Below are positions 52,801 to 64,000 of a stretch of DNA of 64,000 bases, piece after piece. The notes below the pieces were generated by a model, which worked only from the letters and a program-made list of their open reading frames with translations, did no database searches and was not told the origin of the DNA. How positions within the stretch are numbered: position 1 is the stretch's first letter; the number at the start of each line of letters is the position of its first letter. The stretch lies in contig JAPDFW010000059.1 of NCBI GenBank assembly GCA_028826165.1, positions 930,001 to 994,000 of the forward strand, given 5' to 3'. The stretch is from Anaeramoeba ignava BMAN (taxonomy: Eukaryota; Protista; Anaeramoebae). A program made the translations under genes and the position numbers.

Positions 52801-53119
52801 TCAAGGCTTCTCCAGAAAAAACAAAGTAGCACTCCAATCAATTTACCATCGAATACAAGACCTCTTCAATCCAAATCCAAACCCTAAACTTCTTGCTTCT
52901 TTACTCGAATCTTCTTTGAAAAAAGCTCAAGTTAATTCACTTAAAATTTCAGAAATTTTAAACAATTTGAATTCAAATGTTATTCTTAATAAGTTATTCA
53001 TTCAGAAATTTTTCTTTCCTTCAATTTTATCCAAAATTCGTATTTCAAATGATTTACTTAATGAAGTAAATAAATCACGTTTTCCAAATTGTCAAAAATT
53101 GACAAATAAAAAAGATTGA
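49874..53119 (+). CDS. BAG6: BAG6/Scythe-like protein with N-terminal UBL; exons 49874-49939, 50023-50140, 50375-53119 (slip in the NQ repeat near 50826)
   Basis: UBL (LKIKTLE...QCLIYQGKVLKDD...SYSI); C-terminal W.QTI.HD..KQ....FSNSYLQG and terminal RFPN resemble BAG6. Confidence 0.7.
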
Positions 53120-53288
53120 AAATTTGTATTAAAAAAAAAATTCGAAAAATTTTAGATTAAATTTCAATCAAAAAATAATAAAAATAAAAATAAAAATAAA
53201 AATAAAAATAAAGAGGAAAAAAAAATTTTTTTATAAAATTTAAATTTCATTTTTTTCTTTTCTTTTTTTAAAATTTAAAATTTAAATA

Positions 53289-55094
53289 ATGAATACAATT
53301 AATTTACCAGAAAATCCAGAAGAAAAACTTGAACTTGGAATACAAATTATTCAATCAGCTTTTTCAAGTCAAATTGGACAAATAGAAAAAGAAAGAAATC
53401 AATTATTAGCAATAAATTCACAAAAAGAAAAACAAATTCAAGATTTAAAGAAAGAAAATCAACAACTTAAAATGCAATTAAATGATTTTCAACAAAAAAT
53501 GGAAAATCTTTTTCAAAAACAAAATCAAATTGAACATGAAAATTCTAGTTTGCATGAAATGGTAAATAAATTAAGGGAAAGTTTATCTAAATTAATGGGA
53601 TTTAAACAAGCAATTATTGAGACTGTAGAAGTTGAAGAAGGAATTCCTATTCCAAAAAAGGCTTATGATCATTTACTTTCTCCTTCAAAAGTAATTTCAA
53701 AATGAATTTCAAAATGAATTTCAAAATAAATTTTAATTATAAAATGAATTATAAAATGAATATTAATTATAAAATGAATTATAAATTATAAAAATGAATA
53801 TTAATTTCAAAATGAATTATAAAATGAATTATAATTACAAAATGAATTATAATTATAAAATGAATTATAAAATGAATTATAAAATGAATTATAATTTTAA
53901 AATGAATATTAATTATAAAATGAATTATAATTTTAAAATGAATTATAAAATGAATTATAAAATGAATTATAATTTTAAAATGAATTATAAAATGAATTAT
54001 AAAATGAATATTAATTATAAAATGAATTATAAAATGAATATTAATTATAAAATGAATTATAAAATGAATTATAAAATGAATTATAATTTTAAAATGAATA
54101 TTAATTATAAAATGAATTATAATTTTAAAATGAATTATAAAATGAATTATAAAATGAATATTAATTATAAAATGAATTATAAAATGAATATTAATTTTAA
54201 AATGAATTATAATTTCAAAATGAATATTAATTATAAAATGAATTACAAAATGAATTATAATTTTAAAATGAATTATAATTATAAAATGAATTTTTAGAGC
54301 TTCTTTACAAAAACAAACCAACATTTTGAACAAAACAATTTCCGTAAATTTTTTTAATCTAAATTTAATTTAAATTTAATCTAAATTGAATTGGATTTTT
54401 TAATCATATTTTATTCCTTTTAGAAAAATTAAGTGAATCAGTACAACCTAATTGGAAACCACAAGAAGAATCAAAACAAATTAAACAAAAAGAAGAACCC
54501 AAAAAAAATCCATTTTTTTTAAGAAAAAATTTTAAAGATGAAAATGATCCAAATTTACATTTAAACTTTAATTTAAAATCAAAAGAACCAAATCAACAAG
54601 AAAATATTCAAAGTATTGCACAAACAGAAGAAATTTTATCACAAATTGAAAAGAATATTGCGAAAAAACCATCTAATTTTCAACCCAAATTAAATTTTTA
54701 TGAAAAAAATCAAAATCAAAATCAAGATGAAGATGAACAAAATTATAAAAAAGTTCAATTTCAACAACAAAAAGAAAAAGAAAATGAAGAAGAACATCAA
54801 AAAAATCCATTTTTAACTCAAACACCAAATTTTAAAAGGAAAGTTCCTTCTAAATATACTCCATTTCCTGCAAGATTTAATTCAAAACCTCAGAAAAAAG
54901 GTTTCAATCCTGAAGATTTCTTTCAAAATGCAAGACAAACTCTTCCTTATAATGATTTTAATAAACTTTTGGCTTTATTTCGTCAATATAGTGATAATCA
55001 TATTGAAAAAAATGCATTATTTTCTCAAGCCTCTTTATTAGTTGGTGATTCTAATAAATCAATAATTGATGATCTTCATAAATTATTAGATTAA
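53289..55094 (+). CDS. At4g15545-like coiled-coil protein; exons 53289-53690, 54298-54343, 54424-55094
   Basis: N-terminal LPENPEEKLELG.QI...AF, coiled coil and C-terminal FFQNARQTLPYNDF..LL helical domain; junctions in frame. Confidence 0.75.
53700..54292. repeat. 12/18-bp repeat (AAAATGAATTAT) filling an intron
   Basis: Directly visible; explains the MNYK and IIHF pseudo-ORFs. Confidence 0.93.
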
Positions 55095-55661
55095 AATCAA
55101 AATTAAAATCAAAATTAAAATTAAATTAAAATTAAAATCAAAATCAAATTAAAATTAAAATCAAAATTAAAATTAAATCAAAATCAAAATCAAAATCAAA
55201 ATTAAAATTAAATTCAAAATTAAAATCAAATAAATTTTTTTGATGTTTTTTCAATTAATAAACTTTTTACATTCAAAATCTTATTTATTTTTTTTAATTT
55301 TATTATTGAAATGTTTAAAATTTTTTTCGATGATTAAGAAACACGTTGCAATATTATGATGATTTGGATTGCTTACTTGAATTTTGAGAAAATGATCGAA
55401 AATAAATAAATCAATTCAATTTTCATTATTTTTCTTCAACTTTTTCTTTATTATAAACAAAAAAAACAAAAGTTACAAATTAAACAATTGATTATTTTCT
55501 TTTTAATTCTTTTTAATTCTTTTTATTTTTTAATTCTTTTTAATTCTTTTTAATTCTTTTGTAAGGAAAAAAAAATTCTTTTTCCAAAATTTAATTAAAC
55601 AATTGATTATTTTCTTTTTAATTCTTTTAGTTCTTTTTAATTATTTTTAGTTCTTTTTAAA

Positions 55662-58600
55662 ATGACTTTGTACTTTCGAGTAATTTCAAAATGGTTAAGA
55701 TTCACTTACAAATTTGAACATAAAAGTAAAAAACTTTTTGGAAAAATAAGTGAAATTGCATTTGAATTCCCTGTTTTAGTTTTCTTAATTATTGCATCAG
55801 TATCAGCTTGTTTGATTCCATGGTTCTGGACAAAAACAACCGAGACAAGAATAGAAAAATTATTTGTACCACAAAATACAAAAGCATTTGATGATCTTGA
55901 TTGGTGGAGTAAAAATTGGGGGGATCCACCCAGATACACAATTGTGGATATTATAAAAAAAAATGAGGATCATCCAGATAGCTTGACTCAAACTGCTATT
56001 GATACTCTCTTTGATGTTCATGATATGATCTCTTCAGTAAAAATTTCTAGTGGTGATTCTTTTCTTGGATTTGAAGATCTTTGCATTAAAAATCCCCTCA
56101 CAAATCAATGTATTGCTGATGGAGTGCTGGCATATTGGAACTTCAATAGAACACTTTCTGAAACTTATAATGATTATTATTCTGTTGTTAACAATGGTGT
56201 CAATATTGCAACTGGAGTGAGTCTTTATCCTGCAAAATCTTTTGGATGGATTCATAGAAATCAAGAGGGAAAAATTGAGAAAGTTGAGGCTATAAGAGTA
56301 ATTTACAGCATGAGCAGTCAAGAAGAAACACTTTCGGATTGCAAGAAATGGGAAGAGCAAGTGATCAATCAATTGAAAAATTTTGCATATGATAATCAAT
56401 ATGAAATCACTTATTCTTTGGGAAGATCATTGGATGATGAGGTTGGCAAAACAACAAGCTCAAATATCGGGACTGTTGCTATTGGGTATGGGTTTATGCT
56501 TATATTTTTAGGACTTACTTTGGGGAAAATCACTGATCCACTTCGATCCCATTTTCTTCTTGCTCCTCTTGGTGTTTTGACAATTGGAATGGGGATTTTG
56601 GATGGATTCGGGACAGGATCATTGATTGTTAAATGGGCAACAATGAATTCAATTCTTCCTTTCTTGATTCTTGCTGTTGGAGTCGATAGTATCTATATTA
56701 TCACAAATAATTTTGATTCAACAAGTTCAGATCTTGATCCAAAAAGAAGATGTCGCATTGCTCTTGAAAAATCTACAAGTCTATTGATGACTGCCATGAC
56801 AGATTGCGGTGCTTTTCTTACAGGATTAACTGCATCTTTTCCTGCTATTCAATACTTTTGCTCTTATGGTGCTCTTTGTATTATTTTTGTCTTTATTTCA
56901 ATGTTGTTCTTGTTTTCATCATTTCTTGGAATTGGAGCAAGAAGGATTTATATGCAAAAATGTTGTTTAGTTCCTTTTATTTCTGTGAAGAGAAAACCAA
57001 AGAAATTGGAAGAAGAAGCAAAATCATCAAATCAAAACGAAAGAGAAAAAGGAAAGAATGAGTCACAGAATGAAGAATTAGAAATGGAAGATTTGGGAAT
57101 CAACAATCCAAATCAAAATTCAAATCCAAATTCAAATTCAAATTCAAATCCAAATTCAAATTCAAATCCAAATTCAAATTCAAATTCAAATCCAAATTCA
57201 AATTCAAATCCAAATTCAAATCCAAATCCAAATTCAAATTCAAATTCAAATCCAAATTCAAATTCAAATCCAAATTCAAATTCAAATTCAAATTCAAATC
57301 CAAATTCAAATCCAAATTCAAATCCAAATTCAAATCCAAATTCAAATCCAAATTCAAATCCAAATTCAAATCAAAATCACGAAAAAAATGAAATTAATAT
57401 TCAAATTGATGATTTGGAAGAATCAGAGACTGTCTCGAAAATTACATTGGAAGATTATGAACAAAATCAAAAAAATCAAAATAATCAAAAAAATCAAAAA
57501 AATCAAAAAATCACTTCATTCTCAAAAAGATTCTTCAAAAACTATTTTGCACCTTTTATCACACAAAAATATGTGAGAATTATCCTCGTTTTGATTTTCA
57601 TTGCAATGTTTGGAACATCCATTTTCTTATCAACAAAATTAAAAGAAGGAATTGAAAGATCAACAGTTGTTCCTGATGATTCTTATTTGCAAGAATATTA
57701 CAAAATTGACAACGAAAAGTTTCAAAGAGAAGGAAGAGATTATTATCTCGTTTTCGAGACAGGAGTAAAATATCACGAAGAAGCCTCTAAAAATGAAATT
57801 TTGGATGTTTCAATGAAAATCAATCAAAGCAAATGGATGAAAGGAAATATGGACAACTGGTATAAGAAGTATCTTGGATATCTCAGCACAAATCACTCAG
57901 AAGATCTTGAGAATCAGTTGCCTAAGAATCCAGAAAACTTCTATATTTGGCTAAATGAATTTTTAAGTATTCCTGAAAATATGAAGTATAAAATCGGTCA
58001 ACATATTCTATTCTCATCAAATCCAGAAGCACAACTTGAAGAGAAGATCCAAGCGTCGCGAATGTTAGTGAATTCTGTGGATCTAACAAACACAATTGAT
58101 GATAAAAATTCACTTGTTGATTTGAGGAAAATAGTGGAAGATAGTAAAGTGGATTGCTTCATTTTCAATTCTGAATTGATGATAACTGAACAATATCTTG
58201 TAATAAGACAGCAAACATTCCAGAACATATTAACAGCAGCACTTGTTGTATTTTTTGTGACGCTTTTCTTTGTGTCACATCCGCGCGTGGCAATCATTAT
58301 TCTTGTGAATATTATATTTATTGATATTGATCTTTTTGGATATATGTTTTTAACAGGAATTAAATTACATTCAGTTTCAGTTATTGTTATAATCATGAGT
58401 GTTGGATTCTCAATCGATTATTCTGCACACATTGCACACACATTTGCAATCACAGAAGGATCAAGTAGAAGAGAACGAGTGATTGAATCTTTGTCTGAAA
58501 TGGGAGTTTCCATTTTTTTTGGAGGAGTAACTACTATTTTGGGTGTTTTACCTGTTCTTCTTTTTGCAAATAGTGATACTTTCCGTATTTTTGTTCGTTT

Positions 58601-58859
58601 GTTTTATGGAACTATTATTCTTGCTATTCTCCACGGTTTGATTTTTCTTCCTATTGTGCTTTCTTTTATTGGACCTCGTTATTTTAATTTTAATGAACTT
58701 TTTTTGAATTCTCAAAAAAAAGTGGAACAAAATCAAAATCAAAATCAAAATCAAAATCAAAATCAAAATCAAAATAATAATAATAATAATCAACATAATC
58801 AAAATCAAATTAGTTCTAGTGATGAAAGTGTTGAAATTTTTGATATTGAAAAAAAATAA
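55662..58859 (+). CDS. Patched/NPC1-family RND membrane protein with sterol-sensing domain
   Basis: 1065 aa with two multi-TM blocks; RSLDDE, PFLILAVGVDS, SVGFSIDYSAHI and HGLIFLP motifs; NS/NP repeat in the central loop. Confidence 0.92.
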   Translation: MTLYFRVISKWLRFTYKFEHKSKKLFGKISEIAFEFPVLVFLIIASVSACLIPWFWTKTTETRIEKLFVPQNTKAFDDLDWWSKNWGDPPRYTIVDIIKKNEDHPDSLTQTAIDTLFDVHDMISSVKISSGDSFLGFEDLCIKNPLTNQCIADGVLAYWNFNRTLSETYNDYYSVVNNGVNIATGVSLYPAKSFGWIHRNQEGKIEKVEAIRVIYSMSSQEETLSDCKKWEEQVINQLKNFAYDNQYEITYSLGRSLDDEVGKTTSSNIGTVAIGYGFMLIFLGLTLGKITDPLRSHFLLAPLGVLTIGMGILDGFGTGSLIVKWATMNSILPFLILAVGVDSIYIITNNFDSTSSDLDPKRRCRIALEKSTSLLMTAMTDCGAFLTGLTASFPAIQYFCSYGALCIIFVFISMLFLFSSFLGIGARRIYMQKCCLVPFISVKRKPKKLEEEAKSSNQNEREKGKNESQNEELEMEDLGINNPNQNSNPNSNSNSNPNSNSNPNSNSNSNPNSNSNPNSNPNPNSNSNSNPNSNSNPNSNSNSNSNPNSNPNSNPNSNPNSNPNSNPNSNQNHEKNEINIQIDDLEESETVSKITLEDYEQNQKNQNNQKNQKNQKITSFSKRFFKNYFAPFITQKYVRIILVLIFIAMFGTSIFLSTKLKEGIERSTVVPDDSYLQEYYKIDNEKFQREGRDYYLVFETGVKYHEEASKNEILDVSMKINQSKWMKGNMDNWYKKYLGYLSTNHSEDLENQLPKNPENFYIWLNEFLSIPENMKYKIGQHILFSSNPEAQLEEKIQASRMLVNSVDLTNTIDDKNSLVDLRKIVEDSKVDCFIFNSELMITEQYLVIRQQTFQNILTAALVVFFVTLFFVSHPRVAIIILVNIIFIDIDLFGYMFLTGIKLHSVSVIVIIMSVGFSIDYSAHIAHTFAITEGSSRRERVIESLSEMGVSIFFGGVTTILGVLPVLLFANSDTFRIFVRLFYGTIILAILHGLIFLPIVLSFIGPRYFNFNELFLNSQKKVEQNQNQNQNQNQNQNQNNNNNNQHNQNQISSSDESVEIFDIEKK

Positions 58860-58928
58860 AAGAAAAAAAAAAACCAAAAAAATATTTTTCATTTTTCATT
58901 TTTCTCATTTTTAAAAAATAATTTAAAT

Positions 58929-61900
58929 ATGGAAAAAGATACAATAGAAACAGAACTTGAAACTTTTTCTTGGATTAGCACAATAGTAGGACAAGAAGTA
59001 TCACCACAAATGCCAATTTCTTTATTAACATTATTACTTTGTAGAACTTTAAAAAAAATTGATTCAACAATAGAAATTGATGTTACTGAGTAAAATTCAT
59101 TTTAAAATTATAATTCATTTTAAAATCAAAATCAAAATTAAAATTAAAATTAAAATTATAATTCATTTTAAAATTAAAATTCATTATTAAAATTAAAATT
59201 AAAATTAAAATTAAAATTAAAATTAAAATTAAAATTAAAATTAAAATTAAAATTCATTTTAAAATTAAAATTAAAATTAAAATTAAAATTAAAATTAAAA
59301 TTAAAATTAAAATTAAAATTAAAATTAAAATTAAAATTAAAATTAAAATTAAAATTAAAATTAAAATTAAAATTAAAATTAAAATTAAAATTAAAATTAA
59401 AATTAAAATTAAAATTAAAATTAAAATTAAAATTAAAATTAAAATTAAAATTAAAATTAAAATTAAAATTATAATTCATTTTAAAATTAAAATTCATTAT
59501 TAAATTAAAATTATAATTCATTTTAAAATTAAAATTAAAATTATAATTAAAATTAAAATGAAAATTAAAATTAAAATTAAAATTAAAATTAAAATTAAAA
59601 TTAAAATTAAAATTATAATTCATATTCATTATTAAAATTAAAATTCATTTTAAAATTCATTATTAAAATTAAAATTATAATTCATTTTAAAATTAAAATT
59701 AAAATTAAATTAAAATTAAAATTAAAATTCATTATTAAAATTTTTTGCTTTTTTTGTTTCAAAATAAGAAATTTACCAATTATTAATTTAATAAGTTTCT
59801 TTGATGGATGTCGATTATACGGAATTGAAGAAAAATACATTTTCGAACCAGAAGAAATAACGGAAGAAAAAGGAGTTAACAAATTAACAGTATTACTAAC
59901 AAGATTAAAAGAACTAGCGAATGAAAAGGGGTTCAAAATCAAAGAAGGATCACCACAAATATTAGTACGTTATGATCCAACATTTGAAAGCAAATCATTG
60001 ATTTTTCCACAAAGATTTATTTTTTCACACAAACTGACAACAAATGACAACAATATAGTCGCTTCTGTTTTACTTGTAACAAACATAAAACCGACAGTTT
60101 GCACAATCGATAGTTATGTCTCATCAAAACCACTCCAACAAATTGTGCTTCAACCAATAGGAGGTTATTTAATCAAGAAATCTTTGACATCCGAAATTGA
60201 CATGAGAGAAAAATCTCCATTGGAAATAAAAGAAGCTATTGATCCTGTTCAAGTTTTTCTTTATTTGAGATCAAAAGACCAAATAGAGACTGTGATTACC
60301 ACTGTTCGCTTCAGATTTTTGAAGGAATCTTCCCATTTTCTTGATTTGATAAGAGCTTGTGTTGAAGTTGATTCATTGACAATTGGTCCTAATTTGTTTG
60401 ATGATGTTTTGGTTCGTGAATTCCGTTCAAATGATACTCTTTTGGATATTATTTCTTTGTCTTTATTGAACCAACTTCCTCAAGAATTTAAGGTTTTTTT
60501 GACTGAAATTAAAAAAAGAAATCAAAGAGAAATTCCTGGTTTTTTATTGTTTCAAGGTTCTGATGTTTTGTTGATTTTTGAAGAAACAAATAAGCAAATT
60601 TCTCATTTAATTTCAGATTTAGATGTTAGTAGATTTAAAAATTCATTTTATAATTAGAATTACAATTAAAATTCATATTAAAATTAAAATTTAAATTAAA
60701 ATTAAAATTAAAATTAATTTGAAAATTTAAATTCATTTCAAAATTAAAATTCATTTTAAAATTAAAATTAAAATTAAAATTAAAATTAAAATTAAAATTA
60801 AAATTAAAATTAAAAATTAAATTAAAATTAAAATTAAAATTCATTTTAAAATTAAAATTATATTCAAAATTAAAATTCATTTATATTCAAAATTAAAATT
60901 AAAATTCATTTATATTCAAAATTAAAATTAAAATTAAAATTAAAATGAAAATTAAAATTAAAATTAAAATTAAAATTAAAATTAAAATTAAAATTAAAAT
61001 TCATTTGAAAATTTAAATTGTTTTTATTTATAGATTAATACACAAAATGATGAAGATGATGAATCTCTAGAATTTACATTCCCAGACACATCAAAATGTA
61101 AAGTTAGAATGCAAAACAGAATCGAAAAAATTATCATTAGCAAATTTATTACATCCTTATTAACAATTCCCAAAATAGAACACGAAATAACACCAAAAGA
61201 ATCAACACCAAAAATTAATTTTATAAAGAAAAGAAAAGAATTAAAAGAAATACAAAAAGAAATACAAGAAGAAAAAGAAATACAAGAAGAAAAAGAAACA
61301 CAAAAAGAAAAAAAACAAGAAAAAATTGATGAATACGTTTCAATGGTGGAAGACAATAAAATCGGTTACCAAAAAGAATGGACAAGAACAGTAAAAAAAA
61401 ATTACGCATTAGGAAAGTCAAGTTTTGATGTCAAAATCACAGAAGGAAATCGTACAGAAAATGGGATTCTACAGATAAAATCAACAACAATCACTCTTTT
61501 TGCAATTGGATGGATGACGTTCAGTGAGAAAATAACAAACCAAACAACAAAGATACTTATCGACACACAAAATCCACAAAGATTCCTTTTAAAATTAAAT
61601 AACGGAAAATTTTTTCGACTTCGAACAGCCACAAAAAGAGAGGGATGTATTTTATGGAAAACATTTCTACTCACACAAGAATACCCAGGGAATTTTGTGG
61701 AAACATCAACCATAACTGGGAATGTATTTGCGAAGTCTGAGGAGCTAGATGCATTTGCATTGAAGAGTTATGTTCATGGATCTTTTGTTCAATCGGTTAA
61801 GATTTTTTCCGACATAGCAACCCCTATATCAGCTAGCATATCTTTTGACAGAACGGGGTTGTCAATTTTCTCGGCAGAAAATTCACCTCTCAGATTTGAT

Positions 61901-64000
61901 TGGCAAGCAGGTCTTATTTCCCTTCTTCCTGCTGAAAAACATGAGAGAGTCTTGAAAATCAAAATTGACAATGTTGATTCCGGAATGGCAATTTTTTTGC
62001 TTTGTAGTTCTAAAATATCAAGAGAATTAATAAGACGCGTGTTTTTGATTTTCTCGAAGATGAGTCTTAGCCAAGACTCCAATGCGCATCGACAAGAGAA
62101 TATGGCTCTTGTTGTTCAGGAAGATGTGATTGGGGATGAGGAGCGCCACAAAAGTGCCGAACAAATGGCACATTTTTCTCTTTCCAAAACAGTAGGAGAT
62201 CAAATAGAGAGGCGGAAGATTTTGCAGAGAAAAGATCAAGAGATTGAGATGACTGTGTCGCCATTGATCAGAGTGAATTCTGAGAAGAAGCGTCCCGAGG
62301 CGCACAAGCATTTAACGAGCACAACACAGTTGTATATACCTTATTATGAGAAGCAGAGCGGCGACAAGGAGAGAACTCAAGTGAAGAATCAAACAAAGGT
62401 TTATGTCTTGGATTCGCAATACAATAAAGTTTCTATGGGAGAAATTTTCTTATATCAAGAACACTTTGAAATGGATTTTCCTAATTATAACATACAAAGA
62501 TTTTATTCTCCTTTTTCTTACTTAAAACAAACTAAGGAAATTCCTTATCGTTATAAATTCTCAATTGACGAAGTGGAGTTTCTAAGCATTGAATTTATCT
62601 CCACTAAAGACGGCAAAAAATTCGCCAGTATCTTCAACAACGCCATTGCGCAATACTGTCTTGAAAAACAATATATTTCTCGTTACACTGAACCACATGT
62701 TTTCAAAAATTGCTTTTTTGTTTCTGATGTTGGATCAATCTCAGGTTCAATCGCACTCGATTATAGTTCATTCAAAATCACCACTTCGGTCGATGTTTTT
62801 TCTCGCGAATATTCTCTCAATAACAACATTGAGATCCCCTCTCCTAATTCCGCCCTCTCAATACTCACAATCGAACCCGGAAAAACAATCACTATTCGTT
62901 TTCCTGATTTTCAAACTAATTCCCGTTTTCAAACCGTTTTCAATGAGTTTCATCAACGCTACTTCACGCAATCACTCGCAAAGAATTTTTCCGCTTCCTT
63001 CTTCTTGATTCTTGAGTCTCTTCCTGATCCTGTTCTTCAGATCAAATGCGAAGCTACTTTGTCAGATGGAGCAATCGCATTTTTTCATCAAGACCGAAAA
63101 ATCCAAATTTACAACACAAAAAACACCATCATCTTCGATTCCTCAAACGCATCTCAACTCCGCATGCAACTTCCCAATGCGGGATTTGTTAAATTGACAT
63201 TTTCCAAGTCTCAAGAAAAAAACCGATTTTTAACCGCCTCTCGGAAATGTAATTTTGGCGAGTATTTCCCAAAGAACTCGTGGCATTTTCGCGTCTCTCG
63301 TGTAGACAATTCTTCCTCATTTGTTTCTGGCTCACTTAGTTTCCATGAGGAAAATCTTTTTCTTGTATTCGGTAATGATGTCCAAAAGGTCCGTATTTTG
63401 GAGGTTGAATTGTTTGTTCATAAAGCAAATAAAGATCTTTTACAATTGCATTTTATTGGTCGTTCCAGTATACTTATTTTCTTTCAAAATCCTAAAAGCA
63501 AGGCTATAATGATTAGAAACTTCAATAAGATCAAGCTTTCTTTATTAACTCAATTTGAAAATAAAGCAAATTATGAATCAGAACCCGAAATTTCAGAAAA
63601 TTTAAATGAGAATGAAAATGAAAATGAGAATGAAAATGAAAATCAAAATGAAAATGAAAATTTAAATGAAAATGAGAATCAAAATGAAAATCAAAAATCA
63701 AAATCAAAATCAAAATCAAAATCAAAATCAAAATCAAAATCAAAATTTAAATAATTCTACTCCAAAACCTGTTTTTAATTCCCCAATTTCTTCTACTTTT
63801 GATGTCCAACTTCTTGATAAACTTTTTCATCCTATTCAATCTTATCAATTTATTCTTTCAAATAAATATTTTACTTTTGTTAAAGATCTTGAAACTGATC
63901 AATTTAATTACAATCAAATCAATTTATCTTTCTTTGAGAATTTACTTTATGTTACGATTAATACTAAAAATAACGAACAAACTTTTTCTTTTGAAAAAGT
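58929..64000 (+). CDS. Large hypothetical protein with N-terminal calponin-homology-like domain; exons 58929-59089, 59769-60624, 61034 to beyond the window end (probable slip near 63697)
   Basis: WISTIVG...LLCRTLKKID and NLISFFDGCRLYGIEEKYIFEPEEI resemble a CH domain. GT-AG junctions are in frame, and coding-like sequence resumes after the NQ repeat. Confidence 0.65.
59095..59740. repeat. (AAAATT)n tract filling an intron (a second one lies at 60640-61020)
   Basis: Directly visible. Confidence 0.9.

Noticed and set aside
53779-54333. MNYK and IIHF repeat ORFs, and the similar IL/FN/FD ORFs at 35151, 38118, 38453, 46955, 59174 and 60635
   Set aside because: Stop-free frames of intronic or intergenic tandem repeats

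Overview
Very AT-rich, intron-containing eukaryotic DNA read with the standard genetic code and GT-AG introns. Gene content and a TCATTTTT motif before most start codons suggest an anaerobic metamonad such as Anaeramoeba; this is inference only. About 14 single-copy genes are present: EAF, small Tim, DCAF4-like, ubiquilin, TADA1-like, ankyrin, Zn-finger/vWA, TAF5, a PDK1-like pseudokinase, TFB5, RPA49, BAG6-like, At4g15545-like, Patched/NPC1-like, plus a large CH-domain gene running off the end. They are interleaved with two oppositely oriented clusters (12.1-23.3 kb minus, 39.0-46.6 kb plus) of young paralogous RCC1-BTB and BTB-TLDc genes that have near-identical scaffolds and hypervariable loops. 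The main finding is in one BTB-TLDc gene. Its apparent 626-bp intron (12886-12261, minus strand) resolves into 8 small GTAAAT...AG introns separated by seven 3-nt microexons (GGG, ATT, ATT, TGG, ATT, ATT, ATT). The array sits exactly in a loop that is hypervariable among paralogues. Every inclusion pattern keeps the frame and avoids stop codons, giving up to 36 loop peptides, many Tyr-rich: a candidate splicing-based diversification system. Several single-base frameshifts look like long-read consensus errors.
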